From: Candidatus Zixiibacteriota bacterium
GTDB taxonomy: Bacteria; Zixibacteria; MSB-5A5; GN15; JAAZOE01
Assembly: GCA_043819555.1 (NCBI GenBank)
Contig: JBDREQ010000064.1
Coordinates: 18,026 to 82,025, forward strand
DNA: 64,000 bases
Reading direction: 5' to 3'
Made by a program: the position numbers and the translations under genes. Below, piece by piece: positions 1 to 11,612 of the stretch. The notes under the pieces are model-generated. The model searched no databases. It had not been told where the DNA came from and saw only the letters and a list, made by a program, of their open reading frames with translations. How positions within the stretch are numbered: the stretch's first letter is position 1; every line of letters starts with the position of its first letter.

Positions 1-63
1 CATCTGGGCAGCAGCGGTTCCGGCAAAGAGAACTACTATCAGAAGTATTAATGTCCGTTTCAT
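1..63 (-). CDS. Secreted protein, 5' part only (runs off window edge)
   Basis: Read manually: ATG at 63 gives MKRTLILLIVVLFAGTAAAQM (Sec signal peptide with AxA site), preceded by an AAAAGGAG RBS; last visible gene of the ECF operon. Confidence 0.75.
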   Translation of the reverse strand, partial: MKRTLILLIVVLFAGTAAAQM

Positions 64-79
64 GTCTAATCTCCTTTTT

Positions 80-595
80 TTAAATTCCATCATCATTGGG
101 AGGGAATGGCCCGCCCCGTTTTCGATCAAACAGGGTCTCAAGCAAATCCCTCTCAAAATGTTCCTTAAAGAGGACAAACTTCCCCTTTTGATAAATATCA
201 AGGATATTGGAAAGTTTATTGGCCAATACGTTCTTTTCCTCACCCATTTTTTTCTCATTATAATTTAATAACTCGAACATCCGTTCAATATCTTGTTGTG
301 CGTTTTCCTGTTTAACAAAACCGGACAAAGAATCAAGTATCATCATTCTCTCCTGGTGTAACTCCCGCATTTGTTTGCGGTGCGTATTAAAAACCGGCAG
401 AAATTTATCGGCTTGCTCTTCAGTCATCTCCAGCGTCTCAATAAGTTTCATCTTTCGAAGTGTCTCAAAATTCTCAGCGCTGCGATGTTTGCCGTTTTTG
501 CTTCCGGGTCCTCTTCCGCGATGCTGGGCATTGGCGGGGAGGTTTAGGGTAAATATCAGCATGATCAATGCCGCGATTGCAATTATCCGCTTCAT
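80..595 (-). CDS. Periplasmic Spy/CpxP-like helical protein
   Basis: Signal peptide (ANA-Q), 'LEMTEEQADKF' resembling the LTxEQ motif, helical composition, position after anti-sigma. Confidence 0.65.
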   Translation of the reverse strand: MKRIIAIAALIMLIFTLNLPANAQHRGRGPGSKNGKHRSAENFETLRKMKLIETLEMTEEQADKFLPVFNTHRKQMRELHQERMMILDSLSGFVKQENAQQDIERMFELLNYNEKKMGEEKNVLANKLSNILDIYQKGKFVLFKEHFERDLLETLFDRKRGGPFPPNDDGI

Positions 596-598
596 AAT

Positions 599-1180
599 TT
601 ATATCTCCATTGTAAAGTTTTCGCTTAGCCATGCCAATTCTTCTTCAGTCAGGTTTTCAAGCAGATCAAAGGCCTGGTCCGACTCTATCTGTGACGTAAT
701 ATAATCGGTCGTCGATTCATCGATGAATTCGCCCAATATATTTTCATCCGAATCGAAAATCATTTCGGCCAGCAAATCGGTATCGATGTTATCCGAATTA
801 ATTTCCGTCCAGTCGAGAGCTGTCGTTATTTGATTTGGACTTTCCGGCGAATAAATAAACAAAACAATTAGGGCTACCACTGCGACCGCTGATGCCATTC
901 TAATCCATGAAAATATATTTCGTTCCCGGGGTTGCACCGGTATCGGCGCCGGTTCGTCGATCATTTTCTTTCTAAGCCCCGATTCGAGCCGCGCCGCTTC
1001 CTTTTCAGTCAATTCAAAACCAGCAAGGGGGGCCAACATTTCCGACATTTGCGCAAACTCGTTATAGTATGCCCGGCACTCGTCGCACGACTCGATATGA
1101 TTTTGCATCTCATCCGGCAATTTCATTGGAGAACCGGTAAAGAGCTCATCCATCTTTGATTTGAATTCATGACATTTCAT
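599..1180 (-). CDS. Zinc-binding (ZAS/zf-HC2) transmembrane anti-sigma factor
   Basis: MKC...HIESCDECR (HxxxCxxC), one TM helix, overlaps ECF sigma stop. Confidence 0.85.
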   Translation of the reverse strand: MKCHEFKSKMDELFTGSPMKLPDEMQNHIESCDECRAYYNEFAQMSEMLAPLAGFELTEKEAARLESGLRKKMIDEPAPIPVQPRERNIFSWIRMASAVAVVALIVLFIYSPESPNQITTALDWTEINSDNIDTDLLAEMIFDSDENILGEFIDESTTDYITSQIESDQAFDLLENLTEEELAWLSENFTMEI

Positions 1181-1709
1181 AGAACTTACTCATTGATATT
1201 TTTAGTTTTTTCAACGCCTCAGCATAATTTGTCTTGGCCGCCGACGCTGAGATTTCTAAAACTTCGGCGATTTCATTAAACTTCATCTGTTCATAATACC
1301 GCATATTGAAAACCAATTTCTGCCGCGGAGGCAAATCAGTCACGACCTCCATTATCTTTTGACCCGATTCCTTGTTGACAATCTTCCCATGAGGCGATTC
1401 TTCACTGGAGGGTGTATCAAAATCATCAGGCAAGGGCAATTCCCGTTTTGCCTTTTTCAAATAATTTTTGGTTTTGTTGGCGGCGATTTGAAACAGCCAC
1501 GAAGAGAACTGCGCGTCCTGCCTAAAACCGTTCAGGTTCTGCCACGCCGCCAGGAAAGTATCCTGGGTCAAGTCAAGAGCCGCTTCTCTGTTTGCCGTCA
1601 TTCTCATAACAAATCCAAAAATCCTGTTTTGATATTCCCGGACGAGTTCGGTAAAAGCGTTTTTGTCGCCCTTTGCCGCTTTTTCTATGAGTTCCATCTC
1701 GCCTGTCAT
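1167..1709 (-). CDS. ECF RNA polymerase sigma-70 factor (RpoE/SigW-like)
   Basis: DLTQDTFLAAW, FSSWLFQIAAN (region 2), LPPRQKLVF...EIAEVL (region 4). Confidence 0.92.
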   Translation of the reverse strand: MTGEMELIEKAAKGDKNAFTELVREYQNRIFGFVMRMTANREAALDLTQDTFLAAWQNLNGFRQDAQFSSWLFQIAANKTKNYLKKAKRELPLPDDFDTPSSEESPHGKIVNKESGQKIMEVVTDLPPRQKLVFNMRYYEQMKFNEIAEVLEISASAAKTNYAEALKKLKISMSKFYEMS

Positions 1710-1825
1710 ATCATTATTTATACTTTCTGTAAATTAGACACCCCAACCCGGAAAAAGACCAATGGGAAATGACATCCCCCGACTATACCTCCTAAGATAT
1801 GTCATTTCGATAGATTCGGAGCAAC

Positions 1826-1856
1826 AAAAAAACGGCCCAAATAAATTGAGCCGTTA
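1826..1856 (-). terminator. Intrinsic terminator after mreB
   Basis: AACGGCCCAA-ATAAA-TTGAGCCGTT hairpin with A-run on plus strand (U-tract on minus). Confidence 0.7.
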
Positions 1857-1885
1857 TTGAATTTCATATGATTGTATTAAAAAAA

Positions 1886-2929
<1,044 letters not shown>

Positions 2930-3014
2930 TCATAAGGGCTCAAAATACATGACCTTTGAATATTATCGGCAATTTATGCGAAATCAACAAAAAATAATGG
3001 GACCGGACTAAGAT

Positions 3015-3737
3015 TTATCTGGTCAGACCCGTCATACTTCTTAAATTATTGATTTCATCAGCAGTCAATTCGCGCCATCTCCCCTTTTTCAATCCCTGAC
3101 AGGTAATGCCTCCAAACGATATTCTCTTTAGTTTAATCACCGGATGTCCGGCCGCTTCGCACAGATGTTTGACTTCCCGCTTGCGCCCTTCGGTCAGTTC
3201 CAACTCAATCTCGCTCTGGTTTACACACGCTGAAATAATCGAAACGCTGGCCTTTCCCACAACACCATCGGGAAGTTTAATTCCTCTTTTAAATAAACCT
3301 AATTTCTCACTTTCCATCTGGTCCTTAACACAAGCCCGATAAACTCTTTTGATGTTATAACGCGGATGCGTAAGACGAAAAGCCAATTCGCCGTCATTGG
3401 TAAAAAGCAAAACGCCCTCGGTATCCAAATCCAGACGCCCAACCGGATTGAGGCGGTGCGGCATATCTTTGAGAAGATCAATTACAGTTTTTTTATGATG
3501 AGGGTCTCCGCGGGAAGTCAGATATCCCTTCGGTTTGTGCAACACGATGTATGTAAAAACTTCAATTGGAGCTACATGTTTACCGTCAATGCAGATTACA
3601 TCTTTGGTTTCATCGACGTTATATCCCGGGGATTCCAGTATCTCGCCATTAACCGAGATTTTTCCTTCTATAATGAGCGAATCAGCCCGGCGGCGCGATG
3701 ATACGCCGCACCGTGCCAGGTATTTATTAATTCTCAT
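3015..3737 (-). CDS. rluB: rRNA pseudouridine synthase (RsuA/RluB family)
   Basis: S4 domain MRINKYLARCGVSSRR, catalytic GRLD, EGRKREV; follows scpB. Confidence 0.88.
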   Translation of the reverse strand: MRINKYLARCGVSSRRRADSLIIEGKISVNGEILESPGYNVDETKDVICIDGKHVAPIEVFTYIVLHKPKGYLTSRGDPHHKKTVIDLLKDMPHRLNPVGRLDLDTEGVLLFTNDGELAFRLTHPRYNIKRVYRACVKDQMESEKLGLFKRGIKLPDGVVGKASVSIISACVNQSEIELELTEGRKREVKHLCEAAGHPVIKLKRISFGGITCQGLKKGRWRELTADEINNLRSMTGLTR

Positions 3738-3757
3738 AATGATGATAAACCGGATGT

Positions 3758-4852
3758 CTAACGATCCGGATCATATTCTTCATCATCCGATTCGTTTTCA
3801 GCGGTTTCTCGTCGATTGAAATAAATCGGGGCAGGACTATCCGCATCATCCAGGTTCTCGATGATAATCGAGCAAGGGCCTGACTCCGGTGTGGCTACGA
3901 CAGTGTTTTCTCCGCCATCTTCCTGTTCGGCAACCGGCTCGTCCTCATCTTCTACCGGCAATTTGAATCGATTAATTGGTGGAGGTGAAATTCCATTATC
4001 TTTGGAAACGTCACTAACTTCGGCGTCCAGTGAATCAATTTCAAGCTCGGTGCTAAACATATTGGTTTCGCTGACTTCGCGCGGCAGTTCAATGATTTCT
4101 TCCGGTTCCGAGTCTATGCCATCTCTGCGCAAATCATCCTGAAAATCATCCTGAATAGCTTCATATTCATCTACCCTGACCGCCACGCTTTCGGGAATTT
4201 CTTCCAGAGTGGTTTCCAGGATTTCAGATTCCTCGCCATCTTCATCATTTGCTTCAAAAGCACTTTGCTCTTTTACCTCTTCAAATGGCAAAGCGGTTTG
4301 CTCTTTGGGTTCTTCAGACAGCTTAATCATCTCTTCAATTTCGTCCATGCGAGGCAAATCAGTTAATCGATTCAACCCGAAGAATTTTAAAAATTCGGAT
4401 GATGTTTTATATAACAAAGGCCGTCCTGGCGTTTCCGCGCGTCCGGCAATCAGGATTAACTTATGGCTAAGGAGATTATGCAATACTCCGTCGGAAGCGA
4501 CTCCGCGAATATGTTCGACCTCGGTTTTAGTGACAGGCTGTTTGTAGGCAATTATCGCCAGTGCCTCCAGTGCGGCCCGAGTCAGGCGAACGGTACGTTC
4601 TTTGGTCAAGAGACGTTTAATTAATATTTCAAAATCAGGTAAGATATGGAATTGATATCCATTGGCCACTTCCCTGATGCGAAACGACGAACCGCATCCC
4701 ATATAGACATTGTTGAGATCATCGACGCCCTGCCTTATTCTTGCCGGAGTAATATCGCCAATGACATCGCATAATTTCCTGACGGATACCGGCTCGGGAG
4801 AGGCCAGAATCAACGCTTCAATTGTACAATTTGTATTTTCATCTTTAATCAT
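3758..4852 (-). CDS. scpB: SMC-Scp complex subunit ScpB with long acidic C-terminal tail
   Basis: IEALILAS, LEALAIIAYKQPVT, IRGV, PGRPLLY..FLKFFGL. Confidence 0.93.
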   Translation of the reverse strand: MIKDENTNCTIEALILASPEPVSVRKLCDVIGDITPARIRQGVDDLNNVYMGCGSSFRIREVANGYQFHILPDFEILIKRLLTKERTVRLTRAALEALAIIAYKQPVTKTEVEHIRGVASDGVLHNLLSHKLILIAGRAETPGRPLLYKTSSEFLKFFGLNRLTDLPRMDEIEEMIKLSEEPKEQTALPFEEVKEQSAFEANDEDGEESEILETTLEEIPESVAVRVDEYEAIQDDFQDDLRRDGIDSEPEEIIELPREVSETNMFSTELEIDSLDAEVSDVSKDNGISPPPINRFKLPVEDEDEPVAEQEDGGENTVVATPESGPCSIIIENLDDADSPAPIYFNRRETAENESDDEEYDPDR

Positions 4853-5658
4853 CAGTCTATATTTACCTTTTCTTTGTCAACGGCCGGTCTGATATTTATG
4901 GCTCCAATTGTGGGCAATGGGCTTATTGCCTGCAGCAGACGATCGGTTCTGTAAACTCTGATTTCCGAAAACAGCCGCGCCTGCCGAATCATTATACGAT
5001 GATTCTTTGCCAATTCGAGAATGGCAAGAAAAGTCAAAATCGCTATTATTTTCACTTTGATATCAGAGAATAATTCTTCAAGAGACACAAATTCGCTTTT
5101 TGATAATTTCTCGACGATAATTTCAATCCGATCATCAACCGAAACATCCTGATGATCCACGAGGTATGAATTATCATCTTTGTAGGCTGACATTACTTCA
5201 TGAAACACTGTCAGCAATTCGAATAGAGAATTGTTTTCGACAAGGACGGGGCGATCCGGTTTGAAACCATTGGTCCTTCCGGCCACAGCGGAAAGCCTCG
5301 TTTCGAGTTCGCGTTTTTCCCGCAGAATCTCACCGGCCTCTTTAAATTTTCCATATTCCAAAAGAGCCCGAGTCAGTTCTTCCCGGGGATCAACTTCTTC
5401 GTTATCGATCGATTCCCGCGGCAGCAGCATCTGGGCCTTGATGCGAATCAGGGTCGCGGCCAGAAGAATATAATCGCCGGCGTTTTCCAGATTGAGCAGT
5501 TTGAGCATTTTGACATATTCCATATACTGACTGGTAATGCGGGCGATCGGGATATCATAAATATCAATTTCATCCTTCCGAATTAAATACAGAAGCAAAT
5601 CCATCGGTCCTTGAAAAACATCGATGTCAACCGAGTAGTTATTGATATCAACCGTCAT
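4852..5658 (-). CDS. scpA: Segregation and condensation protein ScpA
   Basis: FQGPMDLLLYLI..EIDIYDIPIA, TFLAILEL. Confidence 0.94.
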   Translation of the reverse strand: MTVDINNYSVDIDVFQGPMDLLLYLIRKDEIDIYDIPIARITSQYMEYVKMLKLLNLENAGDYILLAATLIRIKAQMLLPRESIDNEEVDPREELTRALLEYGKFKEAGEILREKRELETRLSAVAGRTNGFKPDRPVLVENNSLFELLTVFHEVMSAYKDDNSYLVDHQDVSVDDRIEIIVEKLSKSEFVSLEELFSDIKVKIIAILTFLAILELAKNHRIMIRQARLFSEIRVYRTDRLLQAISPLPTIGAINIRPAVDKEKVNID

Positions 5659-6629
5659 TTAAAATAGTCCATTTTCATGTTGCGTCTCACTCTATCCATT
5701 GCCTCGGCAGCCCGTTTACGCGCCTTTTGACCGCCGTCCTTTAGAACATCAAAAACAAAGTCAGGTTTTTCAACTAATTTTTTTCTTTTTTCTCGTATTG
5801 GCGCCAGGGCCGAATTCAGGTTTTCAGTCAATCTTTTCTTGCAATCGACACAACCGAGTTCGCCGCTTTTACAGGGCCCGACAATATCGGCATGGTCGGG
5901 AGTATAAATTTGATGGAGTAAAAATACAGGGCATATCTCAGGTCGCCCCGGATCGCCTTTACGCAATTTCTCCGGATCGGTAAAAAATCTCTTTAGTTTT
6001 TGGGCCGTTTCTTCTTCGCTGTCGGCCAGGGCAATGTGATTATTCAAAGATTTTGACATTTTCTTACCGTCCGAACCGGGAATCGTCGGGAATTTTGTCA
6101 GAAGGGCTTCAGGTTCATTGAATGTCGGTCCGTAGAGATTGTTAAATTTTTTGGCTAGATCATTAGCCAGCCAGATATGTTTTACCTGGTCCTTTCCCAC
6201 CGGGACTTTATTGGCATTATATATAAGGATATCGGCCGCCTGCAAAACAGGATATCCCAAAAAACCGTAACTATCCAAACCAGCTTCTTCCTTTTTTTCA
6301 AGGTAAGTCGGCAAGCGCGTCAGAGTAGGAACGGTCGTTATCATCGATAATAAGAGATGAAGTTCGGCGTGCTCTTTGACATCGGATTGAATAAAAATCG
6401 CGCATTTTTGAGGATCCAGCCCCCCTGCTATGAAATCAACAGCCATTTGAAAGACATTTTCCTTAAGCTCATTAGTCTTATCGAATTCAGCGGTCAATGC
6501 ATGCCAATCGACAATGCACAAATACATTTCATAAGAATCCTGCAGGGCCGCCCAGTTTTTCAAGGCGCCCTCATAATTTCCCAAATGCAGATGACCGGTC
6601 GGCTGCATGCCCGATAAAATCGTTTCCAT
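5655..6629 (-). CDS. trpS: Tryptophan--tRNA ligase
   Basis: SGMQPTG.LHLGNY (HIGH-like), YPVLQAADIL, VPVGKDQ, KMSKS. Confidence 0.97.
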   Translation of the reverse strand: METILSGMQPTGHLHLGNYEGALKNWAALQDSYEMYLCIVDWHALTAEFDKTNELKENVFQMAVDFIAGGLDPQKCAIFIQSDVKEHAELHLLLSMITTVPTLTRLPTYLEKKEEAGLDSYGFLGYPVLQAADILIYNANKVPVGKDQVKHIWLANDLAKKFNNLYGPTFNEPEALLTKFPTIPGSDGKKMSKSLNNHIALADSEEETAQKLKRFFTDPEKLRKGDPGRPEICPVFLLHQIYTPDHADIVGPCKSGELGCVDCKKRLTENLNSALAPIREKRKKLVEKPDFVFDVLKDGGQKARKRAAEAMDRVRRNMKMDYFK

Positions 6630-6641
6630 AGTTACTCCGCG

Positions 6642-7148
6642 TTAATCCAAAAAAAGATATGGCCTCCAGCGCTCATCGGAAATACCGATGAAACTCTGAA
6701 TAAAAGTTATATGGCTGGGCCGGTGTGGCTTTTTAAACAGTTTCATTCCCGCCTGTTCGGGAAGGCGATCGCCTTTGCGGTTATTGCATTTCTCACAAGC
6801 GCAAACCATATTTTCCCAAGTGTCGGTGCCGCCATAACATTTCGGAATGATATGATCGACTGTCATCGGACCCCGCACATCGCGGCAATACTGGCACATA
6901 TGACGATCGCGCTTGATAATATTCTTCCGGGTTAATAGAATATTTTTGTACGGAACTCGAATATATCCGCCCAGACGGACAATCGACGGCAGCGGAATTG
7001 AGGAATTCACCGAATGAACTCGGACGCCATCATACGTCTCCACGATTTCAACCTTTCCCAGAAGCTGCATTATTATGGCACGCTTAGCCGAGCATACCGA
7101 TAACGGCTCATAATTTTGATTCAGCACTAATACTCTACTGGTAATCAC
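6642..7148 (-). CDS. HNH endonuclease (McrA-like)
   Basis: VLVLNQNYEPL N-terminus, RD..CQYC...TVDHIIP..GG..WEN...C..CN..KG. Confidence 0.9.
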   Translation of the reverse strand: MITSRVLVLNQNYEPLSVCSAKRAIIMQLLGKVEIVETYDGVRVHSVNSSIPLPSIVRLGGYIRVPYKNILLTRKNIIKRDRHMCQYCRDVRGPMTVDHIIPKCYGGTDTWENMVCACEKCNNRKGDRLPEQAGMKLFKKPHRPSHITFIQSFIGISDERWRPYLFLD

Positions 7149-7183
7149 GATGCTAACTCCCGCTAACGGCCGGTAAATTAGGT

Positions 7184-7212
7184 ATTATGGATAACTTAAC
7201 ACGGTGTGTCAA
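7184..7212 (-). promoter_or_regulatory. Sigma70-type promoter of HNH-trpS-scpA-scpB-rluB operon
   Basis: TTGACA-N17-CATAAT on minus strand. Confidence 0.7.
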
Positions 7213-7452
7213 CTTCAAAATTGTCTTCAAAACTAATAAATTCAATACGCCCGGCCTAAATGCGCTTACACCCTGTTTATTATTTTTACGCTTATCCAAT
7301 ATAATCGCTGAAAAATAATTTTGCATTTGATTTTTACCCCTTTCATTCGTTTAAAAAACAAATGAGATAAAATGTAAAATGGACACTTTACAGACTTGCA
7401 AATTATCGTATATTGTGAGGCTTATTTGTCTGAAGAAGAAGGAGTGTTGATT

Positions 7453-10376
7453 GTGAAAATATATATTTCTCTATTACTTGGCATCGCCTTATTTTCTAAT
7501 TTGGCGATGGCTGACGATTTATATCGGGTGAACCTTAGAAACCAGCAGGACGCAAGTTTATTAGAAGCTTCCGGAATTGAGCCGGTCCTCAGAGTTGATG
7601 GAGATTACTTGGTTCTGGCCAATCAAAATACAATGATACAATTAACTCAATCAGGGCTTCCCATGTACCGTCTGGCGTCGGATATTAATCTGGATGAGTT
7701 ATTTCTTGAATTTGAAGAAGGCGCAGGCGATAATGCCAATTACAAGACACTTTTTGAATTCAACAGCTTAAAACTCTATCAATCATCCGCCACCAACCTG
7801 ACCCTGTCAGCAATATCCACCAAAATGCTCCCAGTCAGAGGCAATCAGCCTCGGATTTTTTTCAGGCGTCCGACAATATTTAATCCGTCATTTTCAATAG
7901 TAAACGCCCAAATCGATCTGGATTCACTCACCGGCCTTGTGAGCAAGGATACCATCATGGCATACACCGATACTCTTCAGACTTTTAATGGCCGATTATC
8001 GGGAACGCCTTCAATTTTTGCCGCCCGCGATTGGATCGCGGCCAAGTTTACAGCATTTGGCTACGATTCGGTTGTTGTCGATTCCTTTACCGGTATTCAA
8101 CAAAACACCCGGGACGATGTCCCGGCTTATAATGTCGCGGCTTACAAAATTGGCACCGTTTATCCGGAGAAGCATATTATTATTGGCGCTCATTATGATG
8201 CCGTCTATGGCTCTCCCGGAGCAGATGATAATGGGTCTGGTACGGTTGGCGTTCTTGAATTCGCAAGAGTACTTTCGAATCTGGACACATATATGACAAT
8301 AGTACTGGTCGTTTTGATTCCGAAGAATCGGGTCTTCACGGCTCTCACCATTACGTTAATAATGCTGAAGCTATAGGTGAGGATATCGTCTATATGCTGA
8401 ATATGGATATGATCGCCAATATCGACAATGATATTTTTGCCAAGCTTTTTCATGGCGCCCAAACCGCTTATTCCCAATTATGGGGGAACCTGGCCGATAG
8501 CTTATTCAACATAATCGGAGTTTTGTCAGGAACCTCACCGAGTTCGGATCATTATCCGTTTCAACTTAAGGGTTACGATGTAACTTTTGTTTTTGAATAT
8601 GAATTTTCAACAGTTTACCACTCTCCGCGGGATAGCGCTACTTATATGAATTTTGATTACATGACAAAAATGATAAAATCCTCACTGGCAACGGCGTATG
8701 TCGTCGATTATTCACCGCCTCCGGTGATAATTACAAGCATTGGTGACGTCGGCGATGGCCAATCATTAAAAGTTATGTGGGAAACCCTAGACCAGAATTA
8801 TACCGATCATTATTATTTGCACTATAATCAAGTTCCGGCGGCAAATCCCGATTCGGTGCTGATACCCAATGATAGCAGTAGTTATGTAGTCAATGGATTA
8901 ATTGAGGGACAGAAATACAGCTTCTATATGATCTCTTATGATAATCTGGGCCGCTCATCAATCGCAATTACAAAAGTCGAGGCTACGCCTCTGGCAATAC
9001 CTCATAATCCGGGCGGTTTAAAAGCGCTGCCGATTTTTGGTGCGATAAATCTAATCTGGGGCAAGAACAATATTGAGCTTGATTTCAGCCATTATCAGAT
9101 CATCCGTGATGGAACGTTATTACCTGATATTGTATCTGATACGACTTATACCGATAATGATCCATCTCTGGGTTCGAATTTGCATGACTATTTGGTTGTT
9201 GCTTTCGATGAGAGCGATAATATGTCCGACACGACCGGGGCCGAACCGGTTCAGATGAAAACGGCCGCACTTGAGGCGGATCGAATTCTTGCCCTCAATC
9301 GTTCATCGGATCAGTTTTTCGCCAATGTCAATGAACAGATTACCGGCGAATTTATGCGCCAGGCTCTGGAAGGAATGAATTATGATTATTATTCTGATAG
9401 TTCGACCGCCAATACCGAACGAGCCGACTTGATTTCATTATTGGATTATGGAGTTGTAATTATCGGAGCCGAATCAGGAAACTCCACTGACGATATCGGA
9501 GCCTTCCCTGGAAACTTCCTGAACGATCTTTCTTATTATTTATCCATCGGAGGGAAAGCCGTCGTTTTTGGCCGCTGGGGTACAATAACTTCCCCTCCAT
9601 CCCGTATGGATACGGTTTTTTATAATCCCGCAGCCTATAATGGGGATTATTATAATTACTTCAACACTGCCTTTAGAATAATTCCGACCACGGAAATTAC
9701 TACTCCCGGACCCTACCTGGTTTCGGACTTTGTGGGCGCAATTAGTCAAATATCGGGATATCCTTCACTCAACTGGGACTCAACAGCGACGGCCAATCAT
9801 ATCAGCCCCATTTTCCTGGCGGCATCTGGGATTCCCAGCCCGAGCATACCGGGGATTTTTGGCTCGGGTAATGAAATAATTTATACTTATAATTCCTCGA
9901 CAGGCAACGCTGAAACGGATGGCAAACCAATTGCATGGCGCCATATTAACAGCAGCAGAGATTATGTTTTCTTTGATATCCCTCTTTCATTTATTGAACG
10001 GACCGCGGCAATTACCGCGTTACAAAAGGCCATTTATGATCTGGTGACTCCCGTCGCGACGGATGATGAATTTGATGAAAAATCTTTGCCGATATACTTT
10101 ACCCTATCGCAGAATTATCCAAATCCGTTTAATCCTCGGACAACAATTGAATTTTATAATCCCTATAATCAACCTCGCAATGCATCGCTTAAAGTTTTCA
10201 ATATAATCGGGCAGGAAATCAAATTGTTATTTGACGATATTGCGCAGCCCGGAATCAACCACATTGAATGGGATGGCACCGATAATATAGGCCGGCCCGT
10301 GTCTTCGGGAATTTACTTCTACCAATTGAAAACTGATGAGATATCTGAAACCAAAAAGATGTTACTCTTGAAATAA
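7453..10376 (+). pseudogene. Frameshifted secreted M28-family Zn peptidase with FN3 domains and C-terminal sorting (FlgD-Ig/T9SS-A-like) domain
   Basis: 5' ORF has signal peptide, GAHYD and GADDNGSG; the catalytic FDSEESGLHGS motif lies in the frame of the 3' ORF (LNMDMI, SDHYPF, YHS; QNYPNPFNP...SSGIYFYQL..KKMLLLK). A 1-nt loss near 8311-8313 joins them; start refined to GTG 7453 after AAGGAG. Confidence 0.8.
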
Positions 10377-10394
10377 TTCCGAATATTACAAATT

Positions 10395-10430
10395 AAAAGG
10401 CCGGTCGTAATAAGCGATCGGCCCTTTTTT
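10395..10430. terminator. Bidirectional intrinsic terminator between convergent genes
   Basis: AAAA-GGCCGGTCG-TAATAAG-CGATCGGCC-CTTTTTT. Confidence 0.75.
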
Positions 10431-10445
10431 ATTCATGTGTGACGT

Positions 10446-11579
10446 TTATGATTCAATAAGTTCAACATTGGCGCGCGGGACAATCGCGGTTTGACCGTCG
10501 TCAAATTCGACTTCCAAAACGCGAGCCTTTGATTCTGATTCCAAAACCTGGAGCGGCGATGGCAATCCTGAAACCTTACCCAGCATTCCAAAATAAGGGT
10601 GGCGGATAACACGAATCGGAGATCCAATTTCAAGACCCTGCTGTTCATAGGCGGCTGAGTCATCCTTTTCTTTCGGATCACCGCCGAGAGGTACAACTAC
10701 TTCCGGGCGGATTACGCCGGCTCGAATTTGAGTAGCCCCATTAATACATGCCATTTGCCCATTTCTGGATTTAAGCAGATCAAATGTTTTTTGAGCCATG
10801 TTGATATCGCCAAACCCTTCCGTAACAACCAGAGTAATGCCCAAATCCTCAGAGCCGGTAATGGCTACGCCGATATCATATCCCAAAAACTCGCGCAAAT
10901 CCTTATCATCAAAACCGCCGGTGACAACGCCTTTGGCCCCGACTTTTATAGCCTTTCTAATAGCATTAGCAGTTACCCGGGAACCGCCGATGATGATGCA
11001 GTCTTTGCAATCATCGGTAATATATTTTTCCTGCAACTGAGTGTAATTATCCGGGACAACAACTTTAATCATCCCATGGGTCTCGCCGCCGATGCCAAAT
11101 ATACCCTGTATAAACGCTCCCCAGGCCGCCACAGCCACACCCTCTTCGGGGATCACTTCCATAACTTCGCCTACGAGATATGCCGTTACTTCAACCGGAA
11201 TGGGCTCTCCGCGCAGAAGAACCTGACCGGTAATGCTGGATATTGATTCCACTGTACCTTTCAAAGTGGACGCACTTGAAGAGGAAAATATTTTCAATCC
11301 AAAAAGAGGTTTTGTGCGGGCGATAATTTCGCCCTTTTCAACCGCGTCACCCACCTTTTTGAGCATACATCCCTCAATATCCTCGGGTGGCAACCCCAAT
11401 TGGTTGGCGACATTAATAGGTTCGACGTCACCGGGTAAAAATGTCCGGGCAACTACGGTCTCAGGCGAAACTCTGTCGCCCTTTGAAGCGACAACTTCTC
11501 CTTTAAGGGGGAGAATTCTTCTCTTCGTCACAAGCAGCTTTTCGCTGACTTTCAATCCGGGTGTATATGCATGTGCCAT
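10446..11579 (-). CDS. Conserved hypothetical cytoplasmic protein (barrel-sandwich-hybrid-like repeats, KOW-like C-terminus), GlmL-associated
   Basis: 377-aa ORF with RBS; GEVVASKGDRV and KKVGDAVEKGEIIA resemble lipoyl/RnfC-N barrel-sandwich repeats; C-terminal IGSPIRVIRHPYFGMLGKV is KOW-like; no signal peptide or TM. Confidence 0.75.
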   Translation of the reverse strand: MAHAYTPGLKVSEKLLVTKRRILPLKGEVVASKGDRVSPETVVARTFLPGDVEPINVANQLGLPPEDIEGCMLKKVGDAVEKGEIIARTKPLFGLKIFSSSSASTLKGTVESISSITGQVLLRGEPIPVEVTAYLVGEVMEVIPEEGVAVAAWGAFIQGIFGIGGETHGMIKVVVPDNYTQLQEKYITDDCKDCIIIGGSRVTANAIRKAIKVGAKGVVTGGFDDKDLREFLGYDIGVAITGSEDLGITLVVTEGFGDINMAQKTFDLLKSRNGQMACINGATQIRAGVIRPEVVVPLGGDPKEKDDSAAYEQQGLEIGSPIRVIRHPYFGMLGKVSGLPSPLQVLESESKARVLEVEFDDGQTAIVPRANVELIES

Positions 11580-11612
11580 TCTGTTTTTGCCTTCCTAAAA
11601 TTACTCCAAATT

